A stretch of DNA of 64,000 nt from Lama guanicoe (GCA_013239625.1 MU053594.1:1678127-1742126); one strand, 5' to 3'. Shown: positions 37,083 to 52,213, counted from the first letter of the stretch. The notes: generated by a model from the letters alone, not told the origin. Numbers and translations are program-made.

Positions 37083-37656
37083 CTAAAAGAGGTCACAAAA
37101 GGATTTGCAGTGATCGCTTAATTCTTACTTTTTTCAGCATAGATCAGTGAGGAGGCTAACACCCTGTAAGAGTTTGTGATAGGGCTTGAAACTGAGGTTC
37201 TATGTCACTTTTTATATTGTTCCTCTTTTCATCATGTGTATGAATGCATAAAAGATTATGGGGGTTTGTGACTAAGCTGTCAGATGGCATAGGAGGTGGA
37301 AGTGGAAGTGGACTTTTATTCTACTAAAGCTAAAACACTGATAGCTACACAATGATGTGTAAATGCAAATATCTAAAAGTTGGGGATGGTCAACACCAAT
37401 CTCAAATACTTAGATATTCCACAACCATTAGAAAGTTGCATATACCTGTTTCAAAACACAAAAGGGTTTGATAAATACAATGCTCGCCCCCAGGCAGAAT
37501 TCTGCAACTCTTTTGCAGGCCATGCTCCATGACCTTACCCTGCTCAGCTCAATGCTATGAAACTTACTGGGCACCAAACATTGTGGAGAACAGCCAATGA
37601 ATAAAGTAACACCACTAAAGTTCAAAGTCTTAGTCTAATGTCCATTCATAGCATAC

Positions 37657-37794
37657 CTTTCCATCAGCCTGTTTCACAGCACTGGCTGAAGAATAAGACA
37701 ACGGACTGAGGTTCTCGCTCTCAGGGGCATTCAGACTGACATGTAAGGGCAAAACAAATCTTCGAGGGAAAGATCTAGCTACTGAATTATAGAC
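37657..37794 (-). CDS. BCO2: BCO2 exon 9
   Basis: [17 protein letters not shown]...KQADGK. Confidence 0.97.
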
Positions 37795-38189
37795 CTGTTC
37801 ACGAGAGAGAAATAAAGAAATAAAGAAAATTGTCATTAATAGGATAACAGCATGTCCCAATAAGTTAGATTCAGTCAACATTATTGGCATTTCTAAGTAA
37901 CTGCATAAATGATCATTTTCATTTATTCATTTACTCAACAAATATCTGTTGAGTACTGATCATAGGCCAAGCACTGTTTTAGACACTGGGAATACAGCAG
38001 TGAACAAAGCAGTCTCTGGCCTCAGTGAACTTATGTTCCAGTAGAGAAAGAATGGTAATAGATAAGAACTAAAATATATGTTACTTAAGTAGTGTCAAAG
38101 GAACAAATGATTACATAGCCCAAAGTCTGACAGTGATAAGTGCCATCAAGAACATACTGCAGGGTAAGTGACTAGAAATTAAGACTGTT

Positions 38190-40515
38190 ATCAAAACAAA
38201 CTAACAAAAAAAAAAACCCAGAAAACAACAAGTGTTAGAATGTGAAGAAACTGGAACCCTTGTGCATTGGTGGTGGAAATGTAAAATTGCACATCTGCTG
38301 TTGAAACAGTTTGGCAGTTCCTCAAACAGTTAGATATTGAATTAACATACAACCCAGTAATTCCATTTCTAGGTATATACCAAAAAAGAATCAAAAACAA
38401 AGAGTCAAATATATATTTGTACACCAATGTTCATAACAGCATTATTCATAATAGCCAAAAGGTGAAAACAACCCAAATGTCCACCAACAGATTAATAAAC
38501 AAAATGTAGTGTATATATATGTATATACATACGTATACAAGGAATATTATTCAATCTTTAAAAGGAATGAGACTCTGATACACATTACAACATGGATGAC
38601 TTATGAAAAGATTATGATAAATATAATAAGCCAGACACAAAAGAACAAATCTTGTATGATTCCACTTACATGAGGTACCTAGAATAGGCAAAATCATAGA
38701 AAAAGCAGAATAAAGTCTACCAAGGGCTGGGGAGGCGGGGAATAGGAAGTCGATATTTAATGGGTATAGAGTTTCTGTTAGGGATGATGAAAAAGTTCTG
38801 GAAATGAATAGTGATAAAGGTTGCAAAACATTGTTCATGTATTTAATGTCACTGACTTATACACATAAAGATGATTAAAATGGTAAAATATACATAATGT
38901 AAATTTCAACAAAATGCCCCAATTAAAAGTCAAGAAGTCAGCATAATAGATTTTTAAAATATATGTTCCTTACATGGTACACATTAAGTAAAAGGATGGG
39001 AAAGTTCCAGCATGCAAATATTAAGCAAAAAAGTAAACTTTATGGCAAAAAGCATTACTCAGAGATAAATATTCAAAAAACCAGGAAGAGAAAACAATTC
39101 TAAATTTGTATGCACACAGAGCACTAAAATGTATAAATTTAAATTAGCATAACTATAAGAAGAAACAGAAAAATGTGTATTCTAAGCGAAAGACTTTAAT
39201 ATACCTTTCATGTTATATGATAACTAATATAATAGAGATCAATAAGAACAAAGAAGATTTGAATAATATTATTAACAAATGTAACCTAATTGACATATAA
39301 AACACTACATCCAAAATTCAAAATTCGTTATTTTAAACGCACATGAAATATTTTTTAAATAATCTTATGCTAGGCCATAAAGCAAATCTCAATAAATCTC
39401 ATAAATTTTCAAATCATACAGTAAAATTAAGCTAAAGATCAATGGCAGAAAAATAACTAGAAAAATCTCCATTTGTTTGAAAATTTTTTAAAAAATTCAA
39501 AGAACAAATCTGAATGAAAGTTAGAAAATACTTTGAAAAGTAATAAAAGTAATAAAAATAAAATATTTCAAAACTTGGGGAATGCTCTGCTAAAAAGAAA
39601 TGTATCATCCCAAAGGTATATGTTGAGGAGGGAAAGGATAAAAAAATAACAAACTAAGTTTCTATATCCTTAGTCAGAAAAGGAACACATTAAGCACAAA
39701 GAAAATAGAAAAAGGAAATAAAAATAATAGCAAAAATTGATGACACTGAAAACAAACACATTAAAGATCAACTAACTCAAAAAGATGATCTTTTGAAAAG
39801 ACTCATTAAATCGATAAGATCCCGGCAAGACTAAACAAACAAAAAAGACAGTCAGCAAAAACAACCATATGAGAGATAAAAACAGGGGCTATTAATTAAC
39901 CCTACATACATTTTTTTAAACACAGAATATCATGAATAATGTTAGGTCAACAAATTTGAAATTTTAGATAACATGAATAAATTTCTTAGAAAAACACTAA
40001 CAAATCTGATACAATAAGAAATAAGAGAATCAGAATAACACTATACTATTAAAGAAACATACTTCGTAATTTAAGATCTACCTATAAAGAAATTTACAGG
40101 CCCATATGGCTTTACTGTTAAATTTAAGAAATAAGAAATAATGTCAATCTTACACATTCTCATGCAGAGAATAGAAAAGAAAACAATTTCCTACTCACTG
40201 TATGAGATCAGCAAAACCCTAATACCAAAATCTAACAAAAATATTATAAGAAAGAAAAATTACAGCTCAATCTTATTCATGAAATAGATGCCAAAAATCC
40301 TAAACAAATATTAATAAAGCAAATTTAGGAATATATTAAAATAAAAATACACTGCAGCCAATTGGAATTTGGTCCAGGAGTGGAAGGCTAGCTTAATATT
40401 AAAAAATCAATCAATGGCTGTTATAAATATTTTCTAATCAATCAATGTATTTCCAATAGTGCAGAAAAAAATTGATAAAATCCAGCATCCATCCATCAGA
40501 AAAATTATTAGTAAA
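38190..40515 (+). mobile_element. Old L1 fragments (an L1MB-like 3' end at ~38190-38910, then degenerate ORF2 of an older L1)
   Basis: L1 3' text (aacccaaatgtccacca, tgtatgattccacttacatgagg) and A-rich ORF2 remnants. Confidence 0.75.
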
Positions 40516-40519
40516 CAAG

Positions 40520-43500
40520 TAGGTGTACATCAGCCTCACAGCAGCATGAGATGCTCAGTTTGTCTCTCCCTTTCAATCTACACCAATAAAACAATCATAA
40601 CTCAACAAAGGTTCTCTGCCCAACACACTGGGATGCCAGAGAGTTCCACACATCTGTACACCTAGAGGTGGGTGCACTGGAACACACAGAAGAGGCAGAA
40701 CTGAGGGAAAAGCAGAGACGGTCCCAGTAATCCCGACTCCTCACTCACAGCAGCTAAACCCAAAGCCCCAGAGAACCCATAACAGCAGAGGAGGCAGCCC
40801 ACATGACTCTAGCCTCCAGACTGCAGCAGTAGCCACAGTCACAGGGAACCGAGCAGCAGCACCAGCAGGGCCGGGACCCTGGTCCCTCCAGCCACAGAGG
40901 CGGCCACACTCCAGCCCCCATCCACAGTGGTGGTGCCTGGGAACCCAACAATCCCAGACACTGCAGAGGCTCCTCAACCCTGGCTACCCCCACCACCTCC
41001 CTCTCCCAACAGCATCAATACCTGCAACATAAACAACCTCAAATGCGGCAGAGACACCTGTCATCCTGGTGCCCCAGGCAGCAGCATCAGTGACACCAGC
41101 AGCAGCAAGGCACCAGTGACCCTGGAGGCACAAGCAATGACAAGGACACCAGACAACAACGCTCACAGAGGCGGTACAGAATGGAAAACTGCTGATTCTC
41201 AAATATGACCAGAGGCAGCTCAAGTAAGAGAATCCAAAAACTTGTGCTATAGTGCCACCTACCTATTAACAAAAGAAAGGCCTCCTCCCATAAGTTAATC
41301 TGTTGAATTGCTAAAATCAAGTTAAAAAAGAAAAGAAAAGCTTTACCTGAGGAAGAAAGGTGTTTGCTATTTCAAATATGCTAGCTATTGCAACTCATCA
41401 AGCACCATAAAAAACCATGATAACACGGTATCACAAAAAGAAAATAACAAATCTCCAAAAATGAAACTTAAAGTCATAGAATATTACGATTTAACAGACA
41501 AGGAATTCAAAATAGCTGTTCTGAAGAAACTCAGTAAGCAATAAGAAAACTCAGAAAAGCAGTTCAATAAGCTCAGAAATAAAATTAATGTACAGAAGAA
41601 ATGCTTTACCAAGGAGATTGAAACTATAAAAAAAAAAGAAGCAACCAGAAATTCTGGAGCTGAAGAATTCAATAAATAAGATACAGACTACATTAGGAAG
41701 CACTGGAAATAGAGCAGACCACACAGAAAAGAGAATTAGCAAGCCTGAAGACAGAAATCTAGGAATAATACAGATAGAAAAAGAAAGGGAACTAAAATCT
41801 TTAAAAAATGGAAGAATTCTGCAAGAACTATCCAACTTCATTAGAAAAGGTAACATAAGGATAATGGGTTTCCCAGAAGGAGAAGAGTAAGAGAAAGGAT
41901 CAAAGAATTTAAAGAAATAATAGCTGAGAACTTCCCAAACCTGGACAACTGGAGATACAAGTCCATGAAGTAAAGATAACACCTAAGCAAAAAGACCTTC
42001 TCCAGGATACACTGTATTAACACTCTTAAAAGTCAATGCCCACCCCCCCAAATTTTTTAAGGTAGCCAGGGAAAAAGGAGAGTAACCTACAACAGAACTA
42101 GGCTACCCAGCAGATTTCTCAGCAGAAACCCTACAGTCAAAAGAGAGTAGAATGACATACTAAAGATAGCAAAAGATAAAAACTGTCACCCAAGAATATT
42201 CTATCCAGCAAAGATATCCTTCAGATATGAAGGAGAAACAAAGGCATTTCCAAATAAACAAAAGCTGAGAGAGTTCAGCCACACTAAACCTGCCTTACAA
42301 TAATTGTTGAAAGGAGCTCTTCTATCTGAAACAAAAAGGCAAAAGTACATAAAACTTTAAAGTCATAAACAGACAGAATCATAAAATTGCAACTCTATAT
42401 CAGAATAGGTTGTTAAACACTTACTTACAGCATAAAGTTTAAGAAGAAAAAAGCAGTAAATTTAACTAGAACTACTTCAATTTGGTAATAAACTCACAAC
42501 ATGAAATGAGATAACTTGAGACAAAACATAAATGGTGAAGAGGAAAAGGACAGAACCCATTTAGGAAAATGAAGATGCCATCAGGAGAAAAAGAACCATT
42601 TTTATCCATCAAGTGTTTTATACAAATCTTATGGTAACCACAAACCATAGATCTAGAGCAGAGACATGAAACATAAAAAAAAGAGAGAGAGAGAGAGAAA
42701 ACTGGGAAAAACATCATAGAAAACCACCGAACTAAAATAGCTGACATAATCACAAGGAAAAAGAAACAATGGAGATACAGAGCAACCAGAAAACAACAGA
42801 TAAAATGGAAGTACTAAGTCTTCATTCATCAGTAATCACCCTAAAAGTAAATAGATTGAATTCACCAGCCAAAAGACACAGAGTAGCTGGCTGGATTTTT
42901 TTTCCCAAAGACCCAACTATATGCTGCCTCTAGGATGTCTCAGCTGTAAAGACAAACATAGGTTCAGAGTAAAGAGATGAAAGATGATTTTCAAAAAACA
43001 ACAAATGGCGGCCAAAGAAAGTGGGTGTAGTCACACTCATGTCAGACAAAAATAGACTTCAAACCAAAAAAGGTAGTGAGAGACAAAGATAGACATTATA
43101 TAATGACCAAGGGAGATAACTCACTAAGAAGCTATTAATATATATGCACCTAACATAGGAGCACCAAAATATATAGATCAGTTATTAACAGACCTAAAGA
43201 GAGAAGTTGACAGCAACACAATAATAGTAGGGAACTTAATAGTGACATCAAAACAGAAAGTCAGCCCGGAAACAGTGGCCTTAAATGAAACATTAGACCA
43301 GATGGATTTAACAAGTCTATATAGAACATTCCATCCAAATGGAGCAGAATACACTTTCTTCTCAAGTTAACATGGAACATTGTCAAGGATAGGCCACATA
43401 TTAGGACATAAAACAGGTCTTACTACATTTAAGAAGACTGAATTCATATTAAGTATTTTCTCCAAACACAATAGTATGAAGCTAGAAATCAACTACAGGA

Positions 43501-45765
43501 AGAAAGCTGGAAAAAAAATCACAAATATATGGTGACTAAACATGCTGCTACAACAATTGGGTCAAGGGAGAAACCAAGAGAGAAATCAAAAAGTACCTGA
43601 AGACAAATGAAAATGAAAACATGACATACCAAAGTCTGTCAGATGCAGCAAACACAGTACTAAGAAAATTTACAGCAATAGAGGGCTACCTCAAGAAATG
43701 AGAAAATTTTCAAATAAACAATATAAATTACACCTAAAGAAACTAGAAAAACAAGATTACACTGTATAGCACAGGGAAATATACACAAAATGTTATGATA
43801 AATCACAGAGAAAAAAAATGTGACAATGAGTGTGTGTATGTCCATGAATGACTGAAAAATTGTGCTGAACACTGGAAATTGACACAACATTGTAAAATGA
43901 ATATAAATCAATAAAAAATGTTAAAAAAATAAAAAATAAAAACATAATACCTCAATTTAAAAAAAAAAAAAGGACAAATGAACTCCAAAGTCAGTAGAAG
44001 GAAGAAAGTAATAAAGACCAGAGTAGAAATAAATGAAATTGAGACTAAAAGAACAATAGAAAAGATCACTGAAACTAAGAGCTGGTTCTTTGAAAAGGTA
44101 AACAAAACTGACATATCTTTAGCTAGATTAAGAAAAAAAGAAGTTTCAAATAAGATCAGAAATGAAAGAGAAGAAATTACAATGTAATCTACAATTACAG
44201 AAATAAAAAGATTATGAGAACACTATAAATGCCAAAAAAAATTGGACAACCTAGAAAATGCATAAATTCTTAGAATCATACAACCTCCCATGACTGAATC
44301 ATGAATAGAAAATCTGAACAGACCAATCATTAGTAAGGATATGGAAACAGTAATCAAAAACTTGCCAAAAAACAAAAACCCAGGACCACACAGCTTCACA
44401 AGTGAATTCTACCAACATTCAAGATTTAATACCTATTTTTCTCAAACTCTTCCAAAAAACTGAAGAGGAGGGACTATGTTCTAACTCATGTTTACAAGGC
44501 CAACACCACCCTGATACCAAAACCAGGCAAAGACAACACACAAAAAAAGAAAATTACAGGCCAATATCTCTGATGAACACAGATGCAAAAATTCTCGATA
44601 AAATATTAGAAACTGAATACAACAATACATTAAAAGGACTATACACAATAGTCAAATGGGATTTATTTCAAGGATGCAAGATTGGTTCAACAACCACAAA
44701 TCAATCAATGTAATATATCACATTAATAAAATGAAGTATAAATATCATATGATCATCTCAATAAATGCAGAAAAAAATGACAAGATTCAACACCCATTTA
44801 TGATCAAAAACTCCAAATAAAACAGGTACAGAAGAAATATACCTCAACATTATAAAGGCAATATATGACAAAATTACAGCTAACATCACACTCAATGGTG
44901 AAAAACTGAAAGTTATTCCTCTATGATCAGAAACAAGAAAAGGATGCCCACTCTCATCACTCTTATTAACAAAGTATTGGAAGTCCTAGCCACAGCAATT
45001 AGGCAAGATAAAGAAATAAAATACATTCAAGTTGGAAAGGAATAAGTAAAACTGTTACTACTTGCAGATGAATCCTAAAGACCCCATAGGAAAACACACA
45101 CACACACACAAAATCTGTTAGAAATAATAAATCCAGTAAAGTTGCAAGGTACAATATTAGTATACAAAACTCTGTTGCATGTCTATATACTAACAATGAA
45201 CTAGCAGTAGGAGAAATTAAGAAAACAATCCCATTTACACTTGCAACTAAAAGAATAAAATTCCTAGAAATAAATTTAAGCAAGGCGGTGAAAGATTATA
45301 CACTAAAAAACTATAAGACATTGCTGAAAGAAACTGAGGAAGACATAAAGAAATGGAAATATATTCTTTGGTTATGGATAGGAAGAATTAACATTGTTTA
45401 AATGTCCATACCACCTAAAGCTATATAGAGATTCAATGCAATCCTTATCAAAATTCCAATGATATATTTCACAGAAATAAAACCAAAAAATCCTAAAATT
45501 TGTATAGAACCATAAAAGACCCTGAATAGCCAAAACAATCCTGAGAAAAATGAACAAAGCTCCCTATTTCAAATCATATTACCAAGTTATAGTAATCAAA
45601 ACAGCGTGGCGTTGGCAGAAAAACAGACACACAGATAAATGGAAAAGAACTGAGAGCCCAGAAATAAAGCTATACATATGTGGACAATTAATTTGTGACA
45701 AAGGAGCAAAGAACATATAATGGAAAAGGGCCAGTCTCTTTAATAAATGATGCTGGGAAAACTGT
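40520..45765 (+). mobile_element. Long decayed LINE-1 (5' UTR, ORF1, ORF2; 3' end missing) in BCO2 intron 8, antisense to BCO2
   Basis: GC-richer 5' UTR, ORF1 remnants, ORF2 motifs (KENYRPISLMNTDAKIL, KSWFFEKVNK) with stops and frameshifts. Confidence 0.9.
43752..43971 (+). mobile_element. Short younger L1 3' tail (camelid-type) nested in the long L1
   Basis: tatagcacagggaaatatac...gacacaacattgtaaaatga plus an A-rich tail interrupting ORF2. Confidence 0.75.
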
Positions 45766-45999
45766 AGATATTCAAAATCTAAAAGAATCTATAAATTATT
45801 AGAATTTATAAGTGTAATTACAGCATTACTGAATATAAGATCATTAAATAAATGCCACAATTATAACTTCAATGCTTTAAAACACTTCTCCCTCCTAATT
45901 TGCCAAAGAGGTAAGAGAAACAGCTAATTCCGAACCCAAACCAGAACTTGACAAGATCAAAAGTATTCTGACAGCCCCTGACAAATAAGAGGTTTTTAC

Positions 46000-46167
46000 C
46001 TGATCAAGCCCTTTCCCAGCTTTTCTAAGATTCTGTAGCTGGTAAACTTCTAGGTTTCTTCCATCATCTTGACAGCACAAATCAATTACAACACAGCCTT
46101 GGTCCTCAAAGGCATTGATTTGGTGAAAAGTAACAAAAGGTTTACTGTAGTACATCCCTGGAAGAAG
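46000..46167 (-). CDS. BCO2: BCO2 exon 8
   Basis: [24 protein letters not shown]...GLDQ. Confidence 0.97.
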
Positions 46168-47094
46168 CTGCAGGGGGAAACACAAACAATGAAAAAGAGA
46201 CATTTTCTTTTATTTCCTTTAGGGTACAGATCCACAAAGCTCAAATTAAGAATATTTCTCCCCCTTTAAGTGACAGGCCTAGTAGATGTAAAAAGTAGAA
46301 TTTGGAATGTAAAAGCCAATATGCTTTGATTTAAAGTCATCTCATCTTACACTAATCAATGAACTGGGACTATCTGATCAATCAACTGTCACAACCAACT
46401 TGAAAGTTCTCATGAAACATTGTTGTGAAGGCTCAGTGTTGTAAAGGATAAATAAATCCTGGACTCTTAACCACACGGTTCAATAGAAAATACTTCTATT
46501 ACGAGCTTATGATAAATTAAGTGACTAATTCTTTGAAATGTGTACTCATTACTAAAATGGGAATTTTTTGGTAATGGAATTAGGGTCCAGTAAATTTAGG
46601 ACACTTTTTCTTTAGAGACGTAACAAGTAGACAAATATAATAGTACTATTAATCAGGAGTACATAGAAAGATATTTAACCAATGTACTTTGAACTTTGGT
46701 AGGATTATCATATTTACATGTCAAGAAGTCAATGGAAACAACTAATAAAAATATCACTGCAAAAGTTACAGAAGACCTCTGCATGAAGAGCATTGTCTTT
46801 AGTAAATAGTATTATATGGGAAAAATACACGCTAAGATGCTAAGAGGGTTTTCTAGATGTCATTTTAATTGAATCAGATAATGTAAAGCATAAAACCATT
46901 ACTTACAATTTTCTAATATGCAAAATCCACTGTATTAATTAACAAATAACCAGCTCTACCTATGGAAGAAGGTAATATCCTTGATTAAGAGTGTCATGCA
47001 ACTAATGCCTGGCGAAGGTAGAAAAAATCAATCATGTGGAAATTTGCTTTCATGTACAATTATTTTCATGATAAATACACTCAAAATTCTCCAC

Positions 47095-47255
47095 CTGACC
47101 AGTGTGCTTATCCACCACATGAAACCGTGTATTATACTGGGGTTCCCAGCTTATTCCATCTGAAAAGGCCTTTCCCCGGATTTTAGAAGTGATGATTTTC
47201 CACAGATTCATCTTTAGAGGCTGTTCAATGAAGATTATGTAGTTCTTTGTCATTC
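47095..47255 (-). CDS. BCO2: BCO2 exon 7
   Basis: [19 protein letters not shown]...HTGQ. Confidence 0.97.
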
Positions 47256-48185
47256 CTAAAAGATTCGGGCAAACAATAAAATGTTATTTAGCAAACTAGA
47301 GTTGTCTGAAGTGTGACAGTTATGGTGACCTGTCTGAATGCTTGGACGTATCAGTGCTGACCTAAACAAACACTGGTCAGAAATAATTCCTCATCATTTC
47401 CCAGCTTTGCTGTACATATTTTCTGTTCCTATATAAAAAAGGGAACTGCTTAGAATGGCTTGAGTTGAATGCCCTCAACTTGCTCTTTATCTTTTTTTTC
47501 TGTCTTTCTCTTCAAATTGTTCTGGTTTAGGAACAAAGTAAAGGCATATTATATTAAAGTGTCATTTATGATCTGGACCTACACTGACGCTGACACATCA
47601 TGATCACCCAAAGTCCACAGTTTCCTTTATGGAAACATACATGAATGCATTTCTTTCCTTTGTATTTAAATCTTCTATGATGTACGACATAATACAAAAC
47701 AAACCAAACAGACTGATCTCTATGACGAGGGGTTATTCATTGTATCATCCTAGAGCAGAAGACTGCAGGGAGACACTGTTCTCCAAAGAGAACTGAAGTG
47801 GAGTTGGTGCTGCGTGGCTAAATCTCAGCCTGTTTCTTCCCTACCCAATGTGCTGTGAAGCAGCCAGTGATTTCTTAAACTGACAACTGTTTCCTAGAGC
47901 AGTCAGTATTTTTAACATAAATTCAATTTAAAAATTAATTGGTGTTGTCAATTTTTTAGAAATTGCTTGTACTAAAATAACTGTATCTTTTCAAGTAGTC
48001 AGTTGGCTAGGGTAAGAAGTACATGAGTAAACAGAATAAACTTAACTGGTGTTAAAATGCAACCCTAGTCTTTCATCACCATACTCTGATAAACTGTATT
48101 AACATAGTACTTGCCAAAACTAGTCCCTCTGCTACAGTGACATTAATGCAGGCCCCATCACAATGTGCCTTATTCTGGGGCTCAC

Positions 48186-48314
48186 CAAAGCTGTGGTAGT
48201 AAGAAGGTTTCATCCTCTCTGTAGAAACAACAGAACATATCACCTGGGCTCCATGCATTGTCTCCCCAAGCTCCTCTTTCTCTGGAGGAACCCGAATAAC
48301 ATTATAGCAAGAAC
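48186..48314 (-). CDS. BCO2: BCO2 exon 6
   Basis: [21 protein letters not shown]...PSYYHSF. Confidence 0.97.
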
Positions 48315-49244
48315 CTGGAAAATAGAAAGTCCTGTCTTAACTGTTTTATATACATTTTAAGAATAAAAGATAACCCTTGCACTTACGAATCAGGCAAAAG
48401 TAGATAAGAGAGTTATGCAATGTGCATGACACCCATATTTCATAAAGACCTGAATATATAAAATATATTAACTTTATAAACGGCATTAGCTAAAGTTCTG
48501 AAACATCATGCACAAAGTAATCAATCAACTCCTTATTGTATTTTAGTGTTCACAAATGGTTCCTCTTTATCTCTCTGAAGATGAACTCATTCCATACTTC
48601 ATAGGAAAACATACGGTAACAGCCAGGAATACCTCAAATTCTATTTGTTCCTCTCCCCACTCCCCAGTCCCAACAATTGGAATCTCCATTTGTACCTATG
48701 TCTAACTCCTTTTCTTCGGTCTTCTGGTCACTTTGGGTCCCATATCATCCTGTCTCATCAACATTCACTCACACAGTCAGTCACCGGACTATCACTACTT
48801 CCTCAAGAATCAACTCAGGCACCCACTCCTCAAGTAGCCTTTCCTGACTCTTCCCCACCAAAGGCATTTGGTGACCCTCCTCTATGCTCTGATGATATCT
48901 TGTACTGTCACGGCACTTATCTCATTGTACTGTAATTTTCTACTTGTTTATCTACTTCCCAGTAGACTGAACTCTTCATTGTGTCTGATACAAATCTGCA
49001 TCCTCAGTATCAAACAATGACTTAGCTGTTAGTAGGTTCACTATAAATAGCTATTGATGGATTAACTAACAACATATGTTTGTCAAATTATTCAATGAAT
49101 GAACAAATATTGAGGTCATATTGAATTATCTTCCTGGTGTTAGAATTGCCAATGTAAGTCCTGAAGAACTTAGGTAACTTACAGAATTTCACAATCACTA
49201 AGTTTCTTTTGGAACAAAATAACCATATGGTTCTCTACTCACTT

Positions 49245-50225
49245 ATTTAGCAACTACTTACTGGATGTCAACTATATTCCAGGTGTCTTCTAAGAGTCCT
49301 AAGTACCATATTCCAGACACTTGCATACAGCAGTATCCAAAATAGACAAAAGGCTCTTTTATAAAGCTTAAATTCTAAAAAAAAATTATACAATATGTAT
49401 GTTTTACTTTTCATACAATTCAGCTTACAAGTAAAAACAAAATGCATCAGATGATGAGAAGAACTGTAATGAAAAATTAACCAGGGAATGGGGATTAGGA
49501 GTGAGTATATAAGGATGGGGGCTACTGTTTGCAGCTTCAATTATAGTGGTCTGGGAAGACTTCACTAAGAAGGTGACACTTGAGCAAAGACATGAAGGAA
49601 GTGAGGACGAGTGCCTTGAGGATACCTGGGAGAAATGCATTTCAGGTGGAAAGAAGAGCAAATGCAAAGACTCTCAGCCAAGAGCAAGTTTGGAGTGTTC
49701 AAGTAACAGCAATGAGGCAGGGTGGCCCTGTCATAGAAAGCAAAGAGAAAACTCTAGGAGATGAGGTGGGGTGGGTTAAAAGGACAAACTGGCTTATGTG
49801 CTGAGAATAAACTGAAGTGGGACAAGGGTAGAAGTAAGGAGACTAGTTAAGAAGCTATTGCAATGATTCAAATGAGAAAGAATGGTAGCCCAAACCAGAG
49901 TGGTGGCAGTGGAGGTGACAAGAAGGGTCGAATTTTGGATATATTTTGAAGGCATTGCTGGAATTACTTTTGACCAATTAAACATGGATGTGAGAGATAG
50001 GTATAAAAAAGGATTCCAAAGTTATCACCTCGACAGCTGGAAGGATAGCGCTACCATCAACTGAGATGGGGAACAATTTGAGCAGAGAAAGTTTAGGGGG
50101 AAAGATCAAGAGTTTGGTTTTAAACAAATTAATTTTGTAATGTCTATTAGACATCCAAGTAAAATGCTAGGTAAGCAACTGGATATAAATATTGGGGAGG
50201 TCTAGGTTGGGAATATAGGTATGTT
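49245..50225 (-). mobile_element. L2 fragment
   Basis: Antisense L2 text (aaggtgacacttgagcaaagacatgaagg, tgtctattagacatccaagt). Confidence 0.6.
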
Positions 50226-50417
50226 TTGAGAACCCATTATAAATGTGAGTTTTGCTCATGCTCATGCCAGACACCCAGAGAACACTCAGCAGAAGACTAA
50301 ACACCCAGGGGAGTGACTTGCACAATACTGTGAGTCTAACTCTGGGAGACTCTTCAAGACTTTGTGTAAACATCAAATTGAGGCAAAATAATAAGCACAG
50401 CCTCTGATAATTGGTGG

Positions 50418-50621
50418 CAGGGTTTCTCAGAGATCCATGGGCCACTCGCACCAAAATCACCTGGGGACCTTGTTAAAATGCACCAAGATAAGGAGAGAAC
50501 GGGTAGTTAAAATGTAGGTTCTTGGCCCCTTTCCCAGTCTCTGAAGATGAAGCTCAATGATCTGCATTGCTAGGAAGCGTCCCAGGTGATTCTCAGGCAC
50601 ACTAAAGGCTGAGAATCACTG
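50418..50621. mobile_element. MER5A-like hAT-Charlie DNA transposon
   Basis: Inverted termini CAGGGTTTCTCA...TGAGAATCACTG; internal aatcacctgggga / cccaggtgattct. Confidence 0.7.
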
Positions 50622-51264
50622 ATTTAATGATCAATTTCTTTTAGAAAGATAATTCAGAATGGTTAAACAGTATTTCTCATATAATGAACTAGTTACAAAG
50701 TTATATACTTGGTTAACATGGTTCATTTATGAAGAAATGGATTTTTTAATGATCAAAAAAAATGAATGGACAAAAGACTACTGAGTCAGTCTACCCATCT
50801 GCCAAAACATTTTACCTTAAAAAAAAAAGTTTGCTGTTTCCTGTAACAGCTTTGAAGAATACATCCCTATCTGAGATCAGGTAACAAAGAAGAGGAGAGA
50901 GGGCTGAGCGATGATGCTTCCAGGGTACCCTATCTCTTCTTGAGCCAGTAAAAAAAAAAAAATGCAGTATTCATTTTCATATACACTCGTATGTGTAAAC
51001 ATGAAGATGTAGAGATGAACAATGCACAAAGTCAGCTACCCACCAAAAGGTACACTAACCATCCAAAAGTTAACCCTATACAAAAACCTCACAGGCTATG
51101 GATGATAGACTGACAGCTAACACAGTCAGAAATAACTGATATTTACACTTACACAATTCTTTTCAAACAGAGAGAGACAATGTGTACTTGGGTATAGGAA
51201 CATGAATTTGCAGGTCCTGAGAGAGTCTTCTGTACTCAGTGATAAATAATTATTAAGATGGTCT

Positions 51265-51406
51265 TGGGGGAATGGCATAGCTCAAGCGGTAGAGCGCATG
51301 CTCAGTATGCAGGAAGTCCTGGGTTCAATCCTCAGTACCTCCTCTAAAAATAAATAAATAAGTAAATGAACCTAATTCTCCCTGCCAAAAAAAATTAAAA
51401 AAAAAA
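51265..51406 (+). mobile_element. tRNA-derived SINE (camelid Vic-1-like)
   Basis: A box tagctcaagcgg, B box gggttcaatcc, A-rich tail, TSD aagatggtct/aagatgatct. Confidence 0.85.
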
Positions 51407-52213
51407 AAGATGATCTAACAGAGTGACTAATAGCAAGCTTTTGGGTGTTATTCAGGGTTGATGCCAAGTTGGTATTAGACACTTAGCAGCTTGCCTAGGC
51501 AAGTATTCTAAATGTTTTCAAGGTTCACTGCCCTGCTCTGTAAAATGGAGGATTATAATAATATGTTTCTCAGAGAGTTGTTATAAGGAGTAAATGAGAA
51601 AATGTATGGGGAAAAAATGATTAACACCAGCACTTACTAGGCACTCAATAAATGTTAGCTATCATTATTAGCCATTAGAACTTCCTGGAACAGATTGGTA
51701 GGTAGCTGGGGAAGTATGTGGATGACAAGGAAAGAGATGTGATATCAGTGATTGTGAATGCAACCAAACTATAACCTTAACTTCCTTTGTGGTGTATTAT
51801 TCCCATGATAAAAATAAATTCCTTCCCATGTACTAGACAGTGTAACTTCTCTATATCTCTTTGCTGTAGCTTTCCAAATTTCTTATACTTACAATATGGT
51901 ACTTCCTAAAAATTCACATTTTAGAAATTCATGCTGAAAATTCCTACAATGCTTGTCAATCAAAAAGCACAATGGAACATGCAAATATGAGTTACACTGA
52001 AAAGGTCAAATAGAAAATTAGCTGCTAGACATATGTGCAAAAAGACTACAGAACTTAAGGATAATTTATTTTAAGTTCAGTAAGGCTACTCTGGAGATTT
52101 CTTTCTGAACCTTTGAAATGAACTTACATATGTTAATATCTTGACTGTAATAGAACTCTGGGAAGACAGTTAATGCCCTTTTATTTTTCAAAAGACGTCC
52201 ATCCCAAATTTAC

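Noticed and set aside
40520..45765. Potentially active full-length L1
   Set aside because: Many stops and frameshifts, a nested insertion, and no 3' end or poly-A
51265..51340. tRNA-Ala-like gene (also 54265-54340)
   Set aside because: A-rich tails, TSDs and broken stems indicate SINEs rather than functional tRNAs
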